Source of the DNA: Eledone cirrhosa
Lineage: Eukaryota
Assembly (NCBI GenBank): GCA_964016885.1
Contig: OZ024742.1
Location: forward strand, 22,692,001 to 22,756,000
Length of the DNA: 64,000 nt
Reading direction: 5' to 3'
Position numbers and translations under genes: made by a program. The notes beneath the pieces are model-generated. The model was not told the origin of the DNA. It worked only from the letters and a program-made list of their open reading frames with translations, and did not search any database. Each line of letters begins with the position of its first letter. Position 1 is the stretch's first letter. Positions 41,053 to 53,399 of the stretch are shown here, piece by piece.

Positions 41053-41659
41053 TATATATATATTGTTTTTTTAAAAATCTATTTATCTATTCTTTTATTC
41101 ACTTATTTGTTTATTTATTTATTTATGTATTTCTTTAGCCTAGCAATAGCGAGAGACTTAAGTCTTAGTAACCAGATTTTGCTTTTTTTTTTTTTTTTTT
41201 GCTCTCTCAGTACCTTTTATAGTTTTACCTTTCATTGTTCTACTTACCGTTTCGACCTCCTCCCCCTCCCCCTCCCCAGTATCTTCTTTGACCTCACACC
41301 CAGCTGTAGCTGGCACTACCAACGCATGAATGGGTCTACTCCACTCCCTCTCCCTTTTTCTCCTACCGGCAGGTTTAGCTACCCCTTCCCCCACCAACTT
41401 GCCATCACAGATTTACTACTAACTTGTGATGTGACCAATCCTGGTGATTATCTCTCTGACCATATATGGAATTACCCCTTGATAAGTTCGGCTATTTAAA
41501 TACCAGAATAAATTTTCATTCAGTACAGAATTAGCCGTCGAAACGGCTTGAGCTCAGCCGTCGGTGTCTTACTTGTTCCTATTACCCACTCTACTACCCT
41601 AAGTTTTGAGTACTTTGGTGCGTTATGGTCCACGTGGTTCCTTACCACATTTCCCTCGT

Positions 41660-41661
<2 letters not shown>
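41053..41661 (+). mobile_element. Inverted 3' pLTR segment of PLE-B with an ~80-nt extra tail
   Basis: Reverse complement of 35868-36390, continuing into tattacccactc...ctcgtta(TA)n. Confidence 0.93.
41474..41567 (+). ncRNA. PLE-B type I hammerhead with U3-A8 core, long stem II and full stem III (copies at 35880-35973 and 14663-14756 on minus)
   Basis: acccc UUGAUAA g..cggcua/uagccg..c GAA ACGGCU ugagcuc AGCCGU C gg(g/u)gu. Confidence 0.75.
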
Positions 41662-41697
<36 letters not shown>

Positions 41698-41710
41698 TAT
41701 ATATATATAC

Positions 41711-41782
<72 letters not shown>

Positions 41783-42677
41783 ATGTTTACAAACATACCC
41801 ATACATGCACATACACATTTACGCTCCACGCTACCACAAACACATACTTTTATTCCTTTATTGCTTTCAGTCACAATATTGCGGTCATCTTGAAGTATCA
41901 CCCTGAGTTAGTCTACTCCCTATCTCTTTCTCTCTTTCTTACTCTTCCACTTTCACTCTTTCTCTCTCTTTCCTTCTCTCTCACTCTTTCTCTCTCTCTC
42001 CCTCCCGCCCTCTCTCTCTCACACACACAGAAATGTATATACATGTACACAAGGGACCTTTGCAATTTTCGTTTCCTAGATTAAATTAAAAAAGAATTGC
42101 CCAATCTGAAGCTATAGCAGAAATACATATTCCCAAATTGCCGTGAAGTGGGATTGCATATATATCTCGGCTGCGTTTGTCTGTTTCTCTCTTACTGATT
42201 CCCCGCTCTCTCTGTTTCTCTCACCTTCTTTCGCCCCCTCTGTCAGTTACACTTTCTCTCGACTGACCTCTTCCTCGTACTTCCACTCACTCACTCTCTG
42301 TTTCTCCCCTTATCACTTACCCACGTTTGGCTTCTAGTGGGTCTCTTCTTGCTTACACCTCACTCACCTCGGACGGTCTGTACCTCTCTCGCTCATGAAA
42401 TCCACCCAGCTTATGCTGACCGGACAACGATGTTGCTTGTTTATTTTCCTATCTTTGGTTTGCTTTTATCCTTCTATGTTGTTTACTTGTTCCCCTCGCT
42501 TTACGCGATTTACTGGTCACAATAACTTTTTTTAGTTATTGCTCGCACCAACCTGAGGTATATGATTTTTAATGCGATGAAATACCAATGATGGTTGGAA
42601 AATCACTGACGAAGGACTATTTTTATCATATGTAACCCATGTGCAACCACGCAGTATTCTTCTTTCTTCTCATGTTT

Positions 42678-42715
<38 letters not shown>

Positions 42716-42717
42716 AA

Positions 42718-42760
<43 letters not shown>

Positions 42761-42765
<5 letters not shown>

Positions 42766-43194
42766 CAAATAGTAAAAACAATGAAATTAAACAAAATACG
42801 GGTAATTCATAGTAAAACTCATTATTTTACGATAGTTTCTGTAGGGTAGTTCTCCGTATGTTCATTCTATTAGTGATCTATGTAAAATATATTACAAATT
42901 ATCAAAGTAAGAAAATATACGTACGTCTTCCCTACCCAGGGATCACTAACAGAATGAACATACGGAGAACTACCCCCCAGAAACGATCGTAAAATAGCGA
43001 GTTTTACTATGAATTACACGTATTTTGTTTAATTTCATTGTCTTCACTATTTGTATTATTTTGAATCTGCTTCCAATGAATTATATCGTTGAAATTTTCT
43101 ATTTTAAACTTTGCTTCACGACATCTACATACGGTTTACATTGAGTTCTTCATACGGCTTGGACCCTACCACTGATTGGTGGATTTATCTGTGT
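42761..43194. mobile_element. Fold-back element in (TA)n, related to the 43630-43860 family
   Basis: 42761-42878 is inverted at 42941-43058; the right arm has a ~135-bp longer tail; contains GAAACGAUCGUA. Confidence 0.85.
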
Positions 43195-43403
43195 ATATAT
43201 ATATATGTATATATATATGCAGATCCCGTTAAGTGTGAAAGCAGCGATTCTTTGCTTAAACTTTAATCTGTTACTTCAATAAATATTTGCTCTAGGTTTC
43301 TTATATATTTGATATATATTTATCCTTATCAAGCCCTCTTTGGATTTTAGTCTTCACATTTATTATTATTACTAGTTATATATATATGTGTGTGTATATA
43401 TAT

Positions 43404-43597
43404 AACGAAGGAGTTGTGGTAAGGAACCAGATGGACCATAACGCACCAGAGTACTCAATACTTAGGGTAGTAGAGTGGGTAATAGGAAAATGTTTAACCC
43501 CGACGGCAGAGCTCAAGCCGTTTCGACGGCTATTTCTGGAGTCCAGAAATAGCCGTCGAAACGGCTTGAGCTCTGCCGTCGGAGTTAAACATTTTCC
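43404..43597. mobile_element. Short fold-back PLE-B-like pLTR remnant
   Basis: Palindrome with axis ~43541; long left arm and short right arm; in (TA)n. Confidence 0.88.
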
Positions 43598-43637
<40 letters not shown>

Positions 43638-43697
43638 AAGTATTAAAAAAATAATGAATAAAACAATGAAACAGTTCCTTATATTAAACAAAAAAAG

Positions 43698-43851
43698 TTC
43701 ATTATTTAACGATCGTTTCTAGGACATATATGTGTTAGAATTGGCATGCATATTCAACAGATCTATGTACAAAATTATACAAAATTATACAAACTATCAA
43801 ATATAATATACATACCAAACACATACATATGCCGTCTTCAGAAATAATGAA
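43698..43851 (-). ncRNA. Type I hammerhead with 10-bp stem I and ~115-nt stem II
   Basis: Minus strand: uucauuauuu CUGAAGA [115 nt, ggcauau/auauguc near the base] GAAAC GAUC GUU aaauaaugaa. Confidence 0.75.
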
Positions 43852-44199
43852 ATATATTTATTGATAATAACAACAATTCAAAATTACAGGTCTGTTTGGG
43901 AAGAGAGTTCAAATTGACCAATGAAATACACAAAAATATATCAAGAAAATACAGTTAGGTGTGTGTATATATGTAAGTAACTTCGTTCACAGATATGCAT
44001 AAAAATATATGTTCACATGCTTACGCAGGTCGAAAAAATGTATGTAAATACAAAAATTCAGGGCTAATGTCTCTGTATGTTTATAATCTACAGATAAAAT
44101 ACACATACGTATATAAACATATATACATTCATATATACACACATATACATACATTCACACACACACGCGCAAATACACATAAACATACACATACTCACG

Positions 44200-44305
<106 letters not shown>

Positions 44306-44569
44306 TATATTATTATTATAACTATATGGATATTAATGCGCATTATTATATAACAATCTAATGACGAACTGTCTGGCAGTATTAGGTTATTTCCGTTCAC
44401 ACCTTACTATCTTTAAATTCCACCGGTTACATTTTTGCAAAGGTCTATGAAACAAAATATTTGTTGAATACTGGGATGGACCATTTAATCTATTATACTC
44501 CACCTCCCGAAGGTATTGTTGCTATTTGGAATATAATTGAAATGATTAACTTTGTAAAGACCACTAACA

Positions 44570-44614
<45 letters not shown>

Positions 44615-44660
44615 TATAACTAGCACCACCAACAAAACCAGTGCTATCACCATTATCACT

Positions 44661-44941
44661 ACGATTGTAGTAATAATTGTTTCTACTTTTGGCACAAGGC
44701 CAGCAAATACCCAGTACATTACTGGTACTTTATTTTATCGACCCCGTAAGGATGAAAGGCAAAGTTAACTTGGACGGAATTTGAACTCATTTACGTCCCT
44801 TTACGGTCTGAGTTAAAAAAAATCGACTGAAGTTAACTTTGCCTTTCATCCTTACGGGGTCTATAAAATAAAGTACCAGTAATGTACTGGATATTTGCTG
44901 GCCTTGTGCCAAAAGTAGAAACAATTATCACTACAATCGTA
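44661..44941. mobile_element. Two tail-out inverted partial SINE copies
   Basis: Both arms match the 3' part of the SINE at 60236-60462. Confidence 0.85.
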
Positions 44942-45369
44942 ACCGTAATCATCATCAGCACCACCAATCCCACCACCACTACACCATGCTGACACGAGCC
45001 TATATGACAATCTTTGTGACACCTTCTAATTAAACGCCGGACATTTCATTATAGACGTAATTTACCCTCGCCATATAATTTCACGTTTGTTCTTCTTGTC
45101 TTTCGTCATCTAAAATACTCTAAAATTGTATTTAACTATCTTGTTAGCTACTCGGATCCCGAATGGACCAACAGTACTGTCGATATTTGTAGAGACTGTG
45201 TGAAATCGCGCGGTATCCGAGGACCGCGCGATTTCAGAGTCAGGTTTGATCAACACATCGATCGTGCCTCGAGCTGGTCGCCCGAGAAACAATTGTAATA
45301 TGTCCAATAAATTCCTTTCGTCGCAACACTGATTCTCTTTTTTCTGTGATATATATATATATATATATA

Positions 45370-45670
45370 GTTAATATTCATCATATTGAAAGGATAAAAT
45401 GTTATATTAAACTCAGGCGGAATTTAAAGTTAGAATATATTGTTTCATATTATAACTCTTCTAGAAACGACTGACGAGTATCCCAATAAACTGAAACTGT
45501 CGTCAATTAAACTGCTTTATTTTCTCTTGAGGAAATCTATTTGAAAGAAATCTTCAATTGTTATTAAAGAAGCCATGATGAAGAAATGTAGCCGTGGTTT
45601 TAGAAAGCATTTTTCTAAACTAAACATATCTGCTTCTGTTAGTTTTACCAATTAGTTGGATTATTGTTGT
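45370..45670 (+). mobile_element. Dispersed repeat after (TA)n with a decayed hammerhead-like motif; second copy at 53728-54047
   Basis: Shared aattaaactgcttta...gaaagaaatc...aaagaagccatga...ctaaactaaaca...gttagttttaccaattagtt; CUGACGA..GAAAC..GUC at 45471-45504. Confidence 0.65.
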
Positions 45671-45876
45671 TGTTGTTATGGTGTTTTCCTTGAAACACAC
45701 TTAGCAATATAATATTACTTCACGTAGAAATATAATGCACACAATTTATGGACCATTGCATGCTACTTCATGTAAAAATATTATACATTTAATTTCTACG
45801 ATAGTTTAATGCAGTTGTTAATAGTTAAGGGTTACATAATAAATATAAATGTTATATAAAACATTAACAATGAATA

Positions 45877-45965
<89 letters not shown>

Positions 45966-45970
<5 letters not shown>

Positions 45971-47063
45971 AAGAAATGGATAGGAAGACTAGGAAGCTAT
46001 TGACTATCTACAATATGTTCCACAAGATATCGATAGACTCTACTTAAGGAGATCTGAAGGTGGAAGAGGTCTTATCAGCATAGAGGACTGTGTTCAGATG
46101 GAGAAAAACAACCTACACAAATACGTGACAGATAGTAAGGAGCCAATGCTCAGAACTGTACTGAAGGAGGGGACAATAGGCCAGGGGATGTCCAAGGAGG
46201 AAATAACATCAAGGAGAAAGAGCAGCCTTCAGGAAAAATCCCTTCATAGTACCTTCTTTGAGAAAACTGAATTTAGAGATCCACAGACATGGAACTGGTT
46301 GAAAAGAGGAGACCTTAAAAAGGCTACAGAAGGAATGTTAATGGCTGCGCAGGAGCAGGCCCTCAAAACGAAGTGGTTGAAACACCACATTTACAAGGAG
46401 GAGGCTAGCCCACTGTGCAGGATCTGTGGAGAGAGAGAGGAGACTGTGGCTCACATTGTACCCGAGTGTCAACACCTAGCCCAGACTCACTATAAGGGCT
46501 GGAGACATGATGTGATGGGCAGGGTGATCCACTGGCACCTATGCAAATAAACAATTTATCACATTCTGAGAAGTGGTATGAGCATAAGCCAGAGGCGGTG
46601 AGGTGATAGAAAACGATCAGGTGAAGGTGCTGTGGGATTTTAGGATACAGACGGACAAGAAACTGGAACACAATAGACCTGACCTGGTGGTTTTGGACAA
46701 AGAAAAAAGATCGTGCCTGATTGTGGATGTGGCCTGCCCATTCGACACGAGAGTGCAAGAGAAGGAGAGGGAGAAAATTAACCGATACCAGGACTTAAAG
46801 TGGGAGGTAAAAAGGATTTGGAACTGCCATGAAGTCAAAGTGATCCCGATTGTCATAGGCGCACTAGGGACTATCTCAAAAAGTTTCCAGGGATGGTTAA
46901 AGAAAATTGGCCCCTTCACGTTTTTTGGAACGCTCCAAAAGGCATGCTTGCTGGGAACAGCAAGAACCCTCCGATACGTCCTGAATATCTGAGGCTGCAG
47001 GTAGTGGCTTGATATTCATTTCAACAAACTTTCCAGTTAACTCACATCAATGACTGAGACTCA

Positions 47064-47064
<1 letters not shown>
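45966..47064 (+). mobile_element. 5'-truncated R4/Dong-like non-LTR retrotransposon (restriction-like endonuclease) in (TAA)n
   Basis: GGRGL, CCHC knuckle CRIC..ETVAHI..C, RH, NRPD..D..EK..Y motifs, with stops near 46550-46606. (TAA)n lies on both sides, the known Dong target. Confidence 0.92.
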
Positions 47065-47103
<39 letters not shown>

Positions 47104-47184
47104 GTCACGATGATGATGACGATGACGATGGTGATAAAAATATTAATGATGATGATGATGATGATGAAGAGGAGGAGGATATTA

Positions 47185-47216
<32 letters not shown>

Positions 47217-47344
47217 GATGAATATGTAAATAAAGGTAATTCAATTTTTTCCTTCCAGGCCCCATTTACACGTACAATAATTGTAATAACAATTATTATT
47301 AATGACACAAGACCTACGCCCTTGTGGCCAATAAAAGAAACCAT

Positions 47345-47413
<69 letters not shown>

Positions 47414-48225
47414 ATGTGTCTATTGTGTTTATGCATGAATGTAGAGAATTACATGATAGCGCTAATGGGGAAGGCGTTTGTTACACTCGATGATGCTGGT
47501 GGTGGTGGTAGTGGTAGTGGTGGTGGTGGTGGTTGTGGTGATGGTGGTGATGGTGGTGGTGTGCTGGTGATTGTGGTTGTGGTTGTGGTGGTGGTGGTGG
47601 TGGTGGTTGTGGTGGTGGTGGTTGTTGTGGTGATGGAGGTGGTGTGGTGGTGATTGTGGTTGTGGTTGTGGTTGTGGTGGAGGTGGTGGTGGTGGTTGTG
47701 ATGGTGGTTGTGGTTGTGGTGATGGAGGTGGTGTGGTTGTGGTGATGGAGGTGGTGTGGTGGTGATTGTGGTTGTGGTTGTGGTGGTGATGGTGGTGGTG
47801 GTGGTGGTGGTGGTGGTGGTGGTTGTGGTTGTGGTGGTGGTTGCTGTGGTGGTGGTTGTGGTTGTGGTGGTGGTTGTGGTTGTGGTTGTGGTTGTGGTGG
47901 TGGTTGTGGTGGTTGTGGTGATGGTGGTGGTGTGGTGGTACTTGTTGTAGTTGATGACACTAATAATACTTGTGGTGGTGGTGGTGGTGGTACTTTTGCA
48001 GTTGATGACACTAATAATATTGGTGGTGGTGGTGGTGGTGCAGGTCCTTGTTGTAGTTGATGACGCTAATAATACTGGTGGTGGTGGTAGTGGTAGTGGT
48101 GGTGGTGGTGCAGGTCCTTGTTGTAGTTGATGACGCTAATTGTACTGGTGATGGTGGTGGTGCAGGTACTTGTTGCAGTTGATGACACTAATTGTACTGG
48201 TGATGGTGGTGGTGGTGGTTGTAGC
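47104..48225. repeat. Trinucleotide low-complexity region: (GAT)n, (TAC)n, (GGT)n with a ~50-70-bp sub-repeat
   Basis: Direct sequence; gttgatgac(a/g)ctaat recurs about 5 times. Confidence 0.88.
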
Positions 48226-48819
48226 ACACTCGGTGACGTTGTGGATGGTGGAATTGATCCAAAAATATTATCATGTACCAATTAATGTTGGGTTATATCT
48301 GCAGAGTAAACGCGATGAATCCATTTCGAAAGATACACCACAACAATGAAGGTGCCGTCCTAGAATCTATTAAAACTGTGTAGCATTTATAGAGCAAGAG
48401 GCTCTCTTTATAAATATTCATGGCGAAGATCGTTATCAAATTACACAACTCAACCGTCATCCAATGACTATATTGAAAAGAGAAAAATACAAAAAAAATA
48501 AATGTTTATATAAATACCCCCTCTCCAAAAAACCATATATATAAATAGCCCCCCCCCCCCCCAACAAACAAAAAAACCAACTAACATATAACCCCCGCAA
48601 ATATAAACAAAAATATGGGGTTGTAACATAAATTCCCGCCGCTTTTATAATTTGTTTGTCTTCACAAATCGGCGGGAATGTATGTTACAACCTAATGTAT
48701 AGTTAGTTTACTTTGTTATTCCTATATAGATTTATTTGTGTAGTTTTATATGTTATTTATTGTGTAAATTCCACAGTCCTATTGCGTTCACTCATTTAAT
48801 TCACATACACCAACACCAA

Positions 48820-49330
48820 TCTCTCTCTCTCTCACTCTCTCTGTCAGCTTCTATCTCTCACTCTCAGTTCCTCTCTATCACTCTCTCTAAACCTTTCTCT
48901 GATTGTCCTTATATATCTCTCCCCTTCTCTATGTCCCTCTCTCTGTGAGTTTCTCTCTCACACTCTTTCTAAACCTTTCTCTAATTGTCCTTATATATAT
49001 CTCACGCCCTCTCTAAGTCTCCCTCACTCTCTCTCTCTCAGTTTCTCTCTATCACTCTCTCTAAACCTTTCTGTAATTGTCCTTATACATATCTCCCCCT
49101 CTCTATGTCTCCCTCTCTCTCTACCACTCTCCCTCTCTCTCAGTTTCTCTCTACGACTCTCTCTAAACCTTTCTCTAATTGTCCTTATATATATATCTCG
49201 CCCCACTCTCTCTCAGTTTCTCTCTACAAATCTCTTTAAATTTTACTCTATTTGTCCTTATATATCTCTCCCCCTCTCTCTTTCTATCCCCCTCTCTCTC
49301 TGATTTTGTCTATCCCTTTCTCTTTCTACC
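48820..49330. repeat. CT-rich minisatellite
   Basis: ctctctaaacctttctctaattgtccttata recurs about 5 times. Confidence 0.8.
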
Positions 49331-49495
49331 ATATTTCCACTCTCCGATAACATTTTAAAAAGTATCTACAAAAAATAATATAAAATTCTAAATAACTACC
49401 GCCAATAAATCTAAAATAATATTACACACACACACACACACACTCATATATATATATTCACACAAACACACACACACACATATATATATACACAA

Positions 49496-49532
<37 letters not shown>

Positions 49533-49858
49533 CATACAGACACACACACACACGCATATATATACACACAAACACACACACACACACACAAATAAACACA
49601 CATATAGAGATATAGATAAATAATTACATGCATATATATGTTTATATATTTATATCTATCTATCTATATACAGGTAAATATGTATATACACACACGCACA
49701 CACACACACTCACACACACACATATATATATATGTATGTATAAGTTAAAATAAAAAACAAAAACAATAACGAAGAGTGCAGTACTGTGTTAGTATTAGGT
49801 TCACGCTTGAGAGTGGAGGGAGGATATATATATGTATATATTTATATGTGCACATATA

Positions 49859-49986
<128 letters not shown>

Positions 49987-50162
49987 GTATATATGTGTAT
50001 GGATGAAAATATATAAATGAATAAACACATAACTAACAAACTGAAAAGATGAGAGGTGGTGGTGGTGGAGGAAGAGGATGAAGAAATGAGGAAGGAGAAA
50101 ATAATGGAAGAAAGGAAAGTAATAATTGTTGATTTAATGTAGTGAAACGAAACATTTTATAT

Positions 50163-50198
<36 letters not shown>

Positions 50199-50201
50199 GT
50201 G

Positions 50202-50281
<80 letters not shown>

Positions 50282-50459
50282 TATATATATATATGTGTGT
50301 GTATGTATATACACACACACATATATATATATAGTGGTATCATTAATAGAAACGTTAAAGTGAAGAGGTTGGAGATTAGGGATTTAAAGTAGAGAAAGTT
50401 ATGAAAAGCAAAAAGGTTTTGTGAATTTCTCCCATCACTAAAACACCAGCAGCAACATC

Positions 50460-51295
50460 AATAATAATTGTTTCTGATTTACGCACATTGTCAACAATTT
50501 TTGTGGAAGACGAAGTTGTTTAGATTGGTCCCAGTGCGTTACTGGTACTTTGTTTTATCGACCCTGTAAGAATGAAATGTGAAAACTAAGTCAAAGCTAA
50601 CCTCTGCAGGATTTCAACGTAAAAGGACGTAACTCTATATCTGAAAGTATGATATCTGACGCTCTCGCGATACTACCAGCCCCTCGCTCTGTAATGGTTT
50701 CGGATTTATGTACAGTTAACAATGTTGAGGGAGAGGAAAGTCAATTAACTCTTTAACATTTATATTACTCTATATTTACTATTGTATTTTTGTAATATCG
50801 AATCAATGAGATTTTGATATTATTTATTTTGAGATTAATAACTTAACATCAGTATGAGTGGCCAGTTATGGCTGGTTTGAACAGAGAGAGGAGAGAGAAT
50901 TCTGGTCGGATATGGCCGGTTTAAATGCTAAAGGGTTAAATCGATTCCAGTGCATTACTGATACTTTATATTATCGACCCCGTAAGGATCAAAGTCGAAG
51001 CTAAACTCCGCGGGATTTGAACTTAAGTTTATGCCACGTAACTCTATGCCACGAAACATAGTCTCCGACGCTCTACCGATACTGCCAATGTTTTTAATCT
51101 TAGCACAAGGCCAGAAATTTTGGGGCGGATAAGAAAATCGATTATATTGATCCCAGTACTTGATAGCTGCTTTATTATTGACCCCAGAAGGATGAAAGGT
51201 AATCTTAACTTGGGAGTGATTTAAACGCAGAACGGAAATAACAACAACAAAAGCTGTTAGGCATTTCTCCGACACTCTACCGACTCTGACACTCT
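50460..51295 (-). mobile_element. Three tandem degenerate tRNA-type SINE copies
   Basis: Reverse-complement matches to 60236-60462 (ttatcgacccc.taaggatgaaagg, atttgaact) near 50460-50690, 50690-51090 and 51090-51295. Confidence 0.8.
50745..50939. mobile_element. piggyBac-like MITE nested in a SINE
   Basis: TTAA target duplication; TIRs ctctttaacattta / taaatgctaaaggg. Removing it restores the SINE sequence gtcaattaaatcga. Confidence 0.8.
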
Positions 51296-51519
51296 AACAA
51301 CAACATTCCAATAAAGGCAACACTATCAACAAAACTGGGAACAGTTATGTTACAATGTTTCGTTTGATTTCGTATCCATGATATTTTAGTGAGCCGATTT
51401 GGTGTATCCATTACACACATACACATCAGTACGGCTTTTATTGTTTTTATTAAGTTCTCTTAAAACGAGATATAGAGAGTGTTTAAGAAAGTGGGAGTGA
51501 GCGAGTGAGAGAGGGAGAG

Positions 51520-51604
<85 letters not shown>

Positions 51605-51901
51605 TGAGAGAGAGAGAGAGAGGAGAGAGAAAGAGAGTCTTTCTTACACAAAAGCGGAACCAGTTCATTGGAATTTACATACACTCTGTAAATCTGTATG
51701 TATGTCTCTATCTAGTTGTGTCTGTGTTCTAGTATGAGTATCATTGCATGAGTGGATATGTATGTTTTGACTTATATGACCATATCTTTCATCTATATGT
51801 ATGTATATGCAGTTATTACAGTCTAAATTTTGACTGTACTTGCAATTTTCTAATCTGCCAGCATTTTCTGGTTCTGTGAAGCCATCTTCTCAAGTGCCCC
51901 A

Positions 51902-51988
<87 letters not shown>

Positions 51989-52153
51989 GGAAAATGTTTA
52001 ACCCCGACGGCAGAGCTCAAGAAATAGCTGTCGAAACGGCTTGAGCTCTGTCGTCGGGGTTAAACATTTTCCTATTACCCAATCTACTACTCTAAGTATT
52101 GAGTACTCTGGTGCGTTATGGTCCATCTGGTTCCTTACAACACCTCCTTCGTT
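51989..52153. mobile_element. Short fold-back PLE-B-like pLTR remnant
   Basis: Short minus arm 51989-52021 and long plus arm; (TA)n flanks. Confidence 0.85.
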
Positions 52154-52341
52154 ATATATATACACATAACATATTAGAATTTTACAAAAATCCTTTTTAT
52201 ATGAATACATAATTTTGCCACAAAAGAGTTTAATATGTTAAATCATTTTTCCTAGTGATATTTTATCTGTATATTTATCCATTCATTGAGATGTCTAAGT
52301 ATTAGAGTCAAGTAACTTTTTAAATATATATATATGTTAAG

Positions 52342-52915
52342 TCACTTTTGAGCTGACTCTTGGGAGGCTCCCATACAGCTCTGAGTTTTTCATCCTCAGT
52401 GTATACTGATTAATGTTCAGAGCCATCCTCAGCATTCTCGTGTAGCACTCATCCACCATCTGTGTGAGTTTCTTGGTCTGTGTCCAAGTCTCAGCCCCAC
52501 ACTCATCGACACAGTCTCTACCTCTTGCATCAAATCCTCTGACTCCTTCACTGTATTTGTCACCAAAACTATGTCGTCGGCAAATTCAGCATCTGATATC
52601 TTTTTCGCCCTAACCTCCCGCTCTGAGCCGGTGCTACAGTAAAGCCAAGAGTCAGCTCAAAAGTGACACAGAGGAGACTGAGGTTAGCTGCACATGCTCA
52701 CCGACATCCAGAGTTGACATTGCACTCAGTGCTCCTGTGGGAGCCCCTACATAGACACACTGGAAGAGGAAGACCAAGGTTAACGTATGTTGATGCGCTA
52801 AGGACAGACACTGGTCTGTTGGGGACGCGGGACATGGCAACGATAATGACGGACAGAGACTGCTGGAGAGAACTCGTCCATGGATCTTGGGATTTTACCC
52901 GCCCTAGATAGATAA
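52342..52915. mobile_element. RTE-like LINE with a 5' inversion and 13-bp TSD
   Basis: The minus part encodes ISDAEFADDIVL; the plus part encodes RRLRLAAH..GRGRPRLTY.D; gata tail; atatatgttaagt on both sides. Confidence 0.85.
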
Positions 52916-52928
52916 ATATATGTTAAGT

Positions 52929-53146
52929 ATTTCCGTGGAAAAAGGTAAAAGAAAGAAAAGTGTTTATGTGTAGTACAGAGCTATTTAATTATGTAATAAA
53001 CAACACAATATACTTATTCCATTACCCAAGATATTCAAATAAAGATTCCTTCTGATGAACGATATCAGACGTTTCTGTTAGGATCGTCTAACTTCGTGAA
53101 ACCTTGGGTAATGGAATCATTATTTTGTGTTGTTTATTACATAATG

Positions 53147-53148
<2 letters not shown>
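52929..53148. mobile_element. Fold-back element containing an HHR
   Basis: attatgtaataaacaacacaa..attccattacccaag is inverted at 53103-53145. Confidence 0.8.
53046..53116 (+). ncRNA. Type I hammerhead with 39-nt stem II
   Basis: uuccuu CUGAUGA acga..guuag/cuaac..ucgu GAA ACC uug GGU A auggaa. Confidence 0.82.
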
Positions 53149-53199
<51 letters not shown>

Positions 53200-53245
53200 T
53201 TATTCCGGGTTCAATCGGCGATGAAACAGTTCTAGTCCTGTAGAA

Positions 53246-53347
<102 letters not shown>

Positions 53348-53348
53348 C

Positions 53349-53395
<47 letters not shown>

Positions 53396-53399
<4 letters not shown>

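Noticed and set aside
43540-43600. Pistol ribozyme resemblance (gttaaa, plus ccctaag in the long arm)
   Set aside because: No pseudoknot partner was found; it is better explained as the 3' half of the PLE-B-type hammerhead.
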